A DNA stretch of 64,000 nucleotides. Origin: Octopus vulgaris (Eukaryota). The notes beneath the pieces were generated by a model. That model ran no database searches. It saw nothing but the letters and a program-made list of their open reading frames with translations, and was not told the origin of the DNA. The stretch is taken from NCBI GenBank assembly GCA_951406725.2, contig OX597816.1, positions 139,810,001-139,874,000 on the forward strand. The letters are read 5' to 3'. The position numbers and the translations under genes are program-made. Below, one piece after another: positions 54,931-64,000 of the stretch (position 1 is the stretch's first letter; each line of letters opens with the position of its first letter).

Positions 54931-55316
54931 ATATAACGGGAAGCTTTATGAAAATAGACAAAAGACGAAGGCAGGTGGAAAACAAACAAACAATTGTATT
55001 AGTATGGCGCTCAGGAAATATGAATAAAACAAGTCTTTAACGTTTCGAGCCTACGCTCTTCAACAGAAAGATACACAGAGAGAAAAAAAACACAGAAAGA
55101 AGGAGAGAAAAATGTTGATTCGTTAGTTACTGCACGCATTTTTTTCTCTCCTTCTTTCTGTGTTTTTTTTCTCTCTGTGTATCTTTCTGTTGAAGAGCGT
55201 AGGCTCGAAACGTTAAAGACTTGTTTTATTTATATTTCCTGAGCGCCATACTAATACAATTGTTTGTTTGTTTTCCACCTGCCTTCGTCTTTTGTCTATT
55301 TTCATAAAACTTCCCG

Positions 55317-55320
<4 letters not shown>
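54931..55320. repeat. Near-perfect inverted repeat (~184-bp arms, 22-nt spacer) with a hammerhead variant in each arm
   Basis: CTTT-CTGTTGA-A-GAGC-gtag-GCTC-GAAACGTT-AAAG at 55183-55218 (+) and 55035-55070 (-); ends in (TA)n. Confidence 0.9.
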
Positions 55321-55350
<30 letters not shown>

Positions 55351-55371
55351 TTGTATTTCAGGATAGTCGTT

Positions 55372-55482
55372 TTTTTTTTTATTTTGCACGCACTCTATAT
55401 TTTCTTCGCTTTTTTTTATTTTGCACGCACTCTATATTTTCTTCGCTTTTTTTTTATTTTGCACGCACTCTATATTTTCTTC
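55372..55482 (+). repeat. ~36-bp minisatellite, three copies
   Basis: ttttattttgcacgcactctatattttcttc three times. Confidence 0.9.
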
Positions 55483-56237
55483 ATTTTTAACTCATGTCCA
55501 TTGGCCGGAAATCTTTCGTTACACATCTGTGACCGCTTCAGCGACACTTTTCGTTTTCGTGTGTGTTCTTGCTTTACGTACTCCATTCTGTTCTTTTAAC
55601 CTTATGTGCGCATGCGTTTGTGTTCTTGTGTGTGTGTGTGTGTGTGTCATAGTTTTTAGCAGCAGTGTGGCCTTCCCTTCAGCAGCCCCATCCTCTCACC
55701 CCATTGTACTGCTGCTGTCCTAAGACCCGAAATATACGGTACAGTTCCTGTATTCCTCTGTGTTTGTGCGTTCGCCGACGGTGTTGCCATCGTGATGGTT
55801 GTTGTTGTTATTGCTATCGTTGTCACCGCCGCTGCTGTTGTTGTTAATCGTATTACTGACATTGTTGTGTCCGTCCGTGAAATTTCTTGTGTGTTGTGTG
55901 TGTGTATGGGTTCGCTTCGTATGTCGTATGTATTCATACCCTTTATATAGAGTTATTTATTTATTTTATCTAGCTCTATATCTTATATTTATCCCAGGTG
56001 TGTAACAAATATATTCATATATTTGTTTATTTATGTATTAATATATTTATTTTTTATACATCTATTTCTATTTCTCATAAATATCACAGTACATATATGT
56101 CTATTGTGTGTGTATTACACTATATGTTTCTGTGTATCATTTGGGTTTTTTATATATTTATTTTTTTGCTTTCCTCTCTTTTCTCATCCTTTCTGACTTT
56201 AGTCATGTGGGGTAGTGTGGTAGTGGGTGTTATTGTT

Positions 56238-56594
56238 CTATTCGTGTTTTCTATTGAGGCTCGGTCTGTCTACTGTTATGTGCGTAGCCTCTGTGATTTG
56301 TTGTGTCGATAATACCTTAACCTCTATGCTATTAATCGACTCTCCACAGTCTGCCTGAGTATGCTGGTGGAGCCCTGACGAGCTTTTCCCTTCTTTGAGC
56401 TCTCGCCAATGGTCACCCATACGCTCTCCTATGCTGCATGTAGTCTCTACAATGTAGGTAGTTATCATGTTTCTGCACCGGCCCTCAGTACATCCTAAGC
56501 TATACATTACATTCCTAACCTTAAAGTTAACCCATGGGTTCATCCTACATACAACATAATTGTACTCCGTACAGGGGGACTTATCAAAGGGATA
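56238..56594 (-). mobile_element. Penelope-like GIY-YIG endonuclease fragment, open frame, 5'-truncated
   Basis: YPFDKSPCTEYNYVVCRMNP..RNVMYSLGC..TYIVETTCSIGERMGDH..LHQH..EATHITVDRPSLNRKHE; a degenerate hammerhead-like motif lies downstream at 55504-55545 (-). Confidence 0.8.
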
Positions 56595-57199
56595 TTTATA
56601 TATAGAAAAGAAAAAAAATTTCCAAAGGGAATGTCATTGATCATAGGTTTGCTTGCTCATGGCTAACCTGGGGCTAATCAAAAGCAATAGCGTCGCTCTA
56701 GGAGAGTCATGGGCAATCTGCGGCCGTGGGACTTACTGAATGGCAAACCTAACGAAAAATTACTTTCAGTTTCGTTTTTTTTCTTCAATTTTCTGTGCAG
56801 CCCGTCTGATGATGAGTCATGTCTCATGCGGTCTGTTTCCCGGATAAAGGTTACCTGTGCCTGTTTAAGATATTTAGATAGTGCTGACATGACTGTGAGG
56901 TTATGAATCTCGCCTTGCAGTTACGCAGTTTCGGGTTCAATCTTATTGCGCGGTACCTTGGGCAAATGTTTTATACCATGGCCTAATACCTTGTAAGAAA
57001 ATTTGGTTGTAGATTACTGTTGAGGTCTTTCGTATGTATGTGTGTGTGTGTGAATGTATGTAAGTATGTATGCATGTATATATGTATGCATGCGTGTGCG
57101 TTATGTGTGTGAATCTACCCCACCGTCTGACAAAAGACGATGGTTGTGGATGGAACGTCTACATCATAGGTCTAGCTTACTGTCGAATGAACCGAACCC

Positions 57200-57470
57200 A
57201 GTAGTTACTTTTTTTAGTCTGGTACATTCTCTATCGTTCTGTTTTGCCGAACCGCTGACTGGAAGGTAAACAAATCAACACCAGCTGTCAAGCAGTGATG
57301 GGAGACAAATGCACGGGCTTCTTTTAGTTTCCTTCAACCAAGACTTTGGTCGACCCGAGGTTATAGGAGAAGACACTTGCCCAATGTGTCACACAGTAGT
57401 ACAGAACCCAGAACCCAGAACCATTTTTGTTGGGAAGCAAGCTTCTTACCACACAGCTACGCCTGCGCCT
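57200..57470 (-). mobile_element. SINE family A, degraded
   Basis: ttttgccgaaccgct..gaagacacttgccc..cttaccacacagc..ctgcgcc. Confidence 0.75.
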
Positions 57471-58336
57471 GTGCAGGATATACTTTATAAAGGAGATATG
57501 ACTGTTAAATCTAGCAGATCAAGGTGCATGTTCTTTCGGTACTTATCCAACCTTTTACGGTTGATGTTCCCTTAGTGTTAGATAGGATGAACTCACGTGA
57601 AACGCCAATGAACTCACTGTCATTTAACTTCCGTTTCCTCCTCCTCCTACAGCAACAACGAGTACCACCACCACCACCACCACCACCACCACTAATACTA
57701 CTACTACTGCTGCTGCTGCTGCTCATGCCTCTTCTTCACACACTAACTATAGTTTGTCTCATGATCGTTTATAATGGTTTATCTATGCAAACGATCGTTT
57801 TACCTCTCCGTCTCTCCACCCATTTAGCCGTCTACCAGTCTTAACCAGTTCGTACAACCGTCTTGATCCTCTCTGTCTTTCTTCTCTCTCTCTCTCTTTT
57901 TCTTTCTTTCTCTCTTTCCCCCACTCTCTCTCTACTTCTGACTGAGTGTGTCTACGTGTGTGTATGTGTGTGTGTGTACTTGTGTGCGTCTCGACTGTTA
58001 GACCTCCCACCAATGTCAACACTTACATTCACTACATGAGACATGACATCTACTGATGACATAGATAAACCAACCACACTATTAATGCCAACTGATTTGT
58101 CAGACAGATATCCTCTGGGTTCTAGCGGCTTACGGTGGAGGCAGTAGCAGTGGTGACGTTGTGGTGGTGGTGGTGGTGGTGGTGGAGAAGGTGGTGGTGG
58201 TGGTGGTGGCGGCGGATGCGCTGTTTAGCTCCGGGACTTGTTGGTGATGGTGGCGATAATGTTAATGACGGGTTTGATTGTTGGTGTTGATGTTAGTGGT
58301 GATAATGATAGTGGTGATGATGATGATGTTGTTGAT

Positions 58337-58570
58337 GTCGCTTAGCTCTGGGTTAGTAATGATCAAGCAGACGTACGATCAAAAGCTTTCCAGTTGTGGC
58401 CATCCCATCTTATTAATTTCGGAGACACAGTCTTAGGGGAAAATTCCAAACTCTCCCTCACTCCAATCTTTCGTCTTTTTTGCAAGACGGCATCGTGTCA
58501 ATTGAGGAGAAAAACTTTGCCTGCTATTTCTAACAGGTCGAGCATCCTGATGGAGGCTACTTCTTAGATT
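58337..58570 (+). repeat. Old dispersed repeat family starting TTAGCCCCAGGTCAG (representative copy)
   Basis: Related segments at about 23845, 48737, 49022, 49845, 58970 (+) and 45790, 51160-51360, 56620 (-). Confidence 0.55.
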
Positions 58571-59587
58571 CGTTGATGTTTGTGAAAATATGTGATATAC
58601 GATTGAAACAATATTAGTTTAAACTGTAACCTGTGTATCATACTTAAAGCAATTACATCATTGGGAGCCTAATTAACTGCTGTATGCGTCTTGAGCAAGT
58701 ATTTTTGTATACGTACAGTGTTAAATAACAAAAATATAACAGCAGCTGACTATAATTGTCCAGCAGTGGTATCAGCATTGCTGGATGTGCAATTCTACCT
58801 CGTTGCGCTTCGCCAGTATAAAGTATCCACTGGCAACGGCATGCTACGACAAAATCCCTCGTTACTGACTCAGTGACTGAGGAATCACTGATGTTGCAAT
58901 TAGCGTTGTTACTTGTGTTTATCGTGGCGGTAGTGTTCGAGTTATTGATAGTGATGGTAACGACGGTTTTGCTATGTCCACATCAGTCCCTGATGAAGCA
59001 CATTTATACGCAAAGATGTTCCAAACGTGACGATCTCGTAAAATGAGTTTCAGACAACAATAAAGTATTCATCTTATGCAACTTTTTCTTTCTTTCTTTC
59101 TTTTTTCTTCTTTTTTTTTTTTACTGATAGAGCTCCTCCTTCTTGATTTGTACTTCACCATTTATGTCAGTGCCTCTGGTGGCTGAGAAGATGGATTTTT
59201 TGGTGGCATCTGTCCCGACAATCAATATTCTTGCAATCCACCAGTCTGGAATGACACTTTTTATCACCCTTTTAAACGATAAAAGACGAAACTTACCTTG
59301 ACTCAATTTGAACTAAGGGCAAAGCGATTTGGAAAGAATACAGCAAGGCTTTTTATCCGATTCTCTAATGATTCTGCCAATTCGCCGTAAATGTGTAACT
59401 AATGTGAGTTCGATGGGTTCAAAGACAATGCACTCTGGCTTCCATATGTGTGTATAATACACACATCCATCTACATACAAACGCTGATTAGATGGGCCAG
59501 TGGTGGATTCCTTTTTATAATGGAACACGCCTCACTCAAAATCTTGGCTACACAAAGGCGTGCGTAAGCTTATGTTTATGCGGACTA

Positions 59588-60428
59588 CAGGGTGCTCGGG
59601 CTAAATTTGATGATTTCTTAATGTCTTCGTTTCTCAGAAACAACTCGATGTATTGGTGAACAGTCATCGGCGTTGGAGAGCATAAAGATATTAAAGTTGT
59701 AGTTGAGAATAAATTGGCTGACATGGAGGACTGGAAGCCAGCTGTATACTTTGATGCTCGCACCGAGTAGCAAATTGACATCATCATAACTGCTGCTCAA
59801 TGCTCTGTGAACACTGTAAAGGCTGTAAGACGTGACATGAACATCATTAAAACCAAGTTCCCCTAAACTGTGGTGGTCTTTGAGGGTGTCTCCGGTGAGG
59901 GTGACGTCATGCAACCCATATGTTTGAACAGGATCATAGATAGGCTCGATTCAGATAGTCATTGAAACTGTAGTCAAGTCATAGGTAGAGAGGGCTGCTG
60001 CTAGAAGGCCATATGTGTGGCAGTAGGATTCGATTCCTTGCTGTACCTACGGAAAGAGTCAGAAGTGAATGTCAGAGAATTTCTACGACCTCACCAGCCC
60101 CAATTTCTGGCCACCTAATTCTATACATTGTAATCTCATGGATAACAAGCGTGGGGCACAGTTGAGAAAAACACCAACCATCCTTCCTGCACCACCAAGG
60201 TCAAGCTGTTGGTCAAGATCAAAGAGATGTTCGAAGAGCTTTCCAGGGATACAGTGAGGGATGCATGCATCAAGTCTCGGAGCTATCATGTGACCGTGGT
60301 GGAGTATACTGTCAACTCCCAACCATATATATTTTTGATATTTTTGATTTTTAAAAAATACTTTTATTCTTGGATGGAATAATGTGTTTCCTTTCTCTTT
60401 TATGCAGACTGTAAAATTTAACCCGATA
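59588..60428 (+). mobile_element. DD37D (maT-like) Tc1/mariner, internally deleted
   Basis: TA-CAGGGTGCTCGGGCTAAATTTGA left TIR; RPYVWQ*DS..SENFYDLTSPNFWPPNS..CNLMD; right TIR remnant aaatttaacccga. Confidence 0.8.
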
Positions 60429-60607
60429 TATATATATATAATATACAGTAGTATATAGTATATAAAAGGGATTGCAATCCGAACTGTTCCCTCAGAAAGC
60501 ACCTTTATGAATTCCGACTATCAATTGTATGTATGTTTCATGTTTAAAGAGAAATTTATACATGGAAGTTAAAATTCTTTATTAAGTATGTTAGTCGAAA
60601 GCGTGTT

Positions 60608-60651
<44 letters not shown>

Positions 60652-60689
60652 TGTGTGTGTATGTGCGTATGTGTGTGTGTGTGTGTATG

Positions 60690-60755
<66 letters not shown>

Positions 60756-61321
60756 CCAAATGATAAGAGCGCAAAGAAAATTCTTTAACACATCTTTAAT
60801 GATTCCATAGAATTGTTTCTGTACCAACTATATTTGCAACGCCAGTTTACGCAAAATTTCGAAGTGAAAATTTACGTAATGTTTGCGGTTTTAGACATTA
60901 GAGAGGCACTTCGTCGACTTGCATCAAAGGTGTGCTACTCTTCACCAAACCCACTTTAGGGTGTGATCGTCGTGAAACTTGGGGAGAGACATTCTCTTTT
61001 AGTGCCTTATTATTTAGCATACACACCGGTAAAGTTTCCACTCATTTATTTATTTTTCCTAAAATTTTCATTGTGTCCTGCAACCTTTTCAATAGTCGTT
61101 GACTCTGTCCGTTATCCGAGCTGCGTTTTCTTTGTTTGAATGTGTGTATGTATGTATGTATGTATGTATGTATGTATGTATGTATGTATGTATGTATGTA
61201 TGTATGTATGTATGTATGTATGCATGTATGTATGTATGTATGTATGTATGTATGTATGTATGTATGTTTGCATGCATGTAAGTGTGTGTATGCATGCATG
61301 TATGTGTGTGTGCGTATGTTA

Positions 61322-62024
61322 GATGCATATCATCATCTGGAAAAGATTTTCTAACTAGAAAGAGTATGGCCTGGTCAGCCTGTAATGACATGCATAAAAT
61401 CTGGTCATCAAATCTAAGTAGAGACTTCAAACTTGAAATCTTCAAAGCCACAGTCGAACCAATTCTTCTATATGGTTCAGATACCTGGACGTTATCAAAG
61501 AATATGGTCTGTGTTTCAGAGGTGGAAGTTTATATGTAGGATGTCAGTTGGTACTAAAGAGAGTATGGCACCAGGTGGTGACCAAAGTACGGTGTTCGTG
61601 TTCGTTGTGTGCAGTGGTTATGGTCAGTCCTGTAATTGGTCGGCTATCAAAGAAGCTTGAGAGGCAGTTGGATGGAACCTCATTCGCCTCCTTATGAGAG
61701 CTCAAAATCTCTCGTGGAAGCGTCATCCAACCAAAATGCAAATATATGGGAAACTACCACCTGTGTCATCTCTTGTGAAAGGTAGGAGAGTCCAGTTTGC
61801 TGAACATTGTTATAGAGCTGAAAACGAGGCAATTTCTACTCTTCTCATCTGGAAGCCATCTACTCGCAATACCAGAGGGCGCACACTCTCATACCCTGAT
61901 GTAATCTCCAGGGATACAGGCATCCAGCAAACGGACCTCCGTAATGCTATGATGGATCGTGAAATCTGGCGTAGCATGGTAAATTCCATTGTCTCGACCA
62001 CGGTCGAACAATGATGATGATGAT
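61322..62024 (+). mobile_element. RTE-clade LINE 3' end with internal insertion and (TGA)n tail
   Basis: IFKATVEPILLYGSDTWTLSK [insert] KLERQLDG..RLLMRAQNLSW..RRVQFAEHCYR..MMDREIWR. Confidence 0.88.
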
Positions 62025-62860
62025 ATGCGTATGTATATATGTATATATGTATGTGTGTACGTTTGTATGAATGTATTATGCATATTCATGAGTTTGTGTT
62101 TGTGTGTGTGTACCTCTGTCCTCTTGTGTGTGCATGTCTGACACAGTTCCGGTTCTTTGATGGAACCGCTTCATAGTTTTCAAATAAATAGCCGACCAAT
62201 TACAGGACTGACCATAACCACTGCACACAACGAACCCGAACACCGTACTTTGGTCACCACCTGGTGCCATACTCTCTTTAGTACCAACTGACATCCTACA
62301 TATAAACTTCCACCTCTGAAACACAGACCATACTTTCAAACCATACTTTCAAACCCACCCCTGTAAACACATACATAACGTGTATTTATATGTAAACAAA
62401 ATAAGTACCACTGCCTAAATTTACCCTTCCTAAAAAAAACTCATCCTTAGAACGAATATACCTACCTACCCACCACTGGACAAAATAACATGAATCTTGG
62501 AAGGCAACACTTGAAGTCTATGACTTATTTCTCTTTCCTATACCTAATCCATTTTACTAAATTTTACTCCTCTCACAAATTCTTTGTTGACCAGTGTTAT
62601 TCTTATCGTAGATTACAAATCCAAAACATGGAAACGCTACTCAACTTTGGAGTTTTGGAAATAGATGCCCTCTTTTCACAACCACACACACATCACACAC
62701 ATGCACTTATATATTAATGATGTACACAAATACATGGCAGGTATACATAATTCTGAAATACGCATAAAGTAAACACATGCAGACAAATATATTAATATAG
62801 CAAATTTTTTTAAGATAATAAAAAATACAATCAATGAAGAGACAAAAGAAATAGTAAGGT

Positions 62861-63162
62861 GATACATGTTGATTTTATTGGGTATTTCTGTTTATTTAGA
62901 AGCCTAAATTATAAATTACACAGGGTACAACCTTAAAGTTGACACCGCTCCGCTAAACTCAAAAAATTTCTGTCTCGCTATTGGCTAAAAATACACAGTG
63001 TTTTCAATTTTTAAACCTCTGTAACTTTTTACTCCAATTTTTTTTTCTTCTCATCATATCTTCAAAGCAATAAGACTGGAAGGCTACATTATTATAGCCG
63101 ATTTTCAGATTGTTTACTTCCTTTTAAAAAATGCATATTTTGCGAATGAAAAAACTAGATCC
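62861..63162 (-). mobile_element. Single end of the same Merlin-type family as 51394-52659
   Basis: Diverged reverse complement of 51394-51712, ending ..actagatcc. Confidence 0.75.
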
Positions 63163-63264
63163 AGAATAAATCCTGTGGTCGATTTCTTCGACCAACGGCA
63201 GTGCTCCAGCATGGCCGCAATCACATGACTGGAACAAGTAGAACAATAAAAAACTATGCCATTT

Positions 63265-63296
63265 TTATCCCGAGCAAGGCCGGGTATCTCTGCTAG
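63265..63296 (+). mobile_element. Helitron-like 3' terminus
   Basis: cccgagcaaggccggg hairpin followed by CTAG|T. Confidence 0.45.
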
Positions 63297-63488
63297 TATA
63301 CATATAAATGTCTGTCATATTAGTAGAAGATGGGGATCTCGAGTCTACGGGCAGTCTTCTACTTTTTTTTAGTCAATGCTTAACCCACTATTTAAACGTT
63401 ATTATTTATAGCTTCATCTACTTCGAATTCCACTGTAAAAAAAAAACGAATTTTTTCATGTTTCTCGAAGCTTCTAAATTGACACGAG

Positions 63489-63543
<55 letters not shown>

Positions 63544-63753
63544 TATACATATATTGTTTATACATATGTGTGTGTGTGTGTGTGTGTGTGTTTGTGTGTA
63601 TGTGTGTTTGCGTGTGTGTGAGTGTTTGTGCGTGTGATTTTGTGCGTGCCGTGTGTGTATAAATACGCAATACGGAAACATGTATGTGTTCGTATGTGCG
63701 GTTGTGTTTGCGCGCGCACGCGCGTGTGTGGTGTGTGTGTGTTTGTGATGTGT

Positions 63754-63788
<35 letters not shown>

Positions 63789-64000
63789 TGTGTATGTATT
63801 TGTGTGTAATTAGATAAGAGATACCCATGTGATTCATAATATACATCTTAATTCATCTAGACACGAACTTTTCTTTTTTACTAAAAGTGTCATTTTATAT
63901 TTCTTGTAGTATTTTTTTTGCTCAATCCGTTATGTAACATGAAACTCGGAGTTTGGAATAAATAACAGTAAAGCTTTACATTTATTTAATTTAATTCTAT

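Noticed and set aside
56801-56850. CTGATGA-TGAG..CTCA hammerhead start or small exon
   Set aside because: No GAAA after the stem and only a weak donor

Overview
AT-rich eukaryotic non-coding DNA saturated with microsatellites and transposon debris. The SINE families and repeat composition suggest a coleoid cephalopod, probably Octopus (inference). No intact host protein-coding gene is supportable, and almost all listed ORFs are microsatellite or SINE artefacts. Recognisable content: three tRNA-derived SINE families; fragments of Penelope-like, R4/Dong, RTE and CR1/L2-group retroelements; Tc1/mariner, hAT, Merlin-type, piggyBac-type, pogo-type and Helitron DNA elements. The standout is a ~1.9 kb array at 52821-54757 of near-identical 360-bp non-coding units. 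Each full unit carries a type I hammerhead ribozyme with a variant CCGAUGA core at the tip of a long rod-like stem. The units form two divergent arms between (TA)n tracts, resembling a retrozyme/circular-RNA retroposon. Other hammerhead variants and short divergent palindromes sit at (TA)n tracts across the window, suggesting one Penelope-driven, TA-targeted mobilisation system. All calls were made by eye; no searches or folding programs were run.
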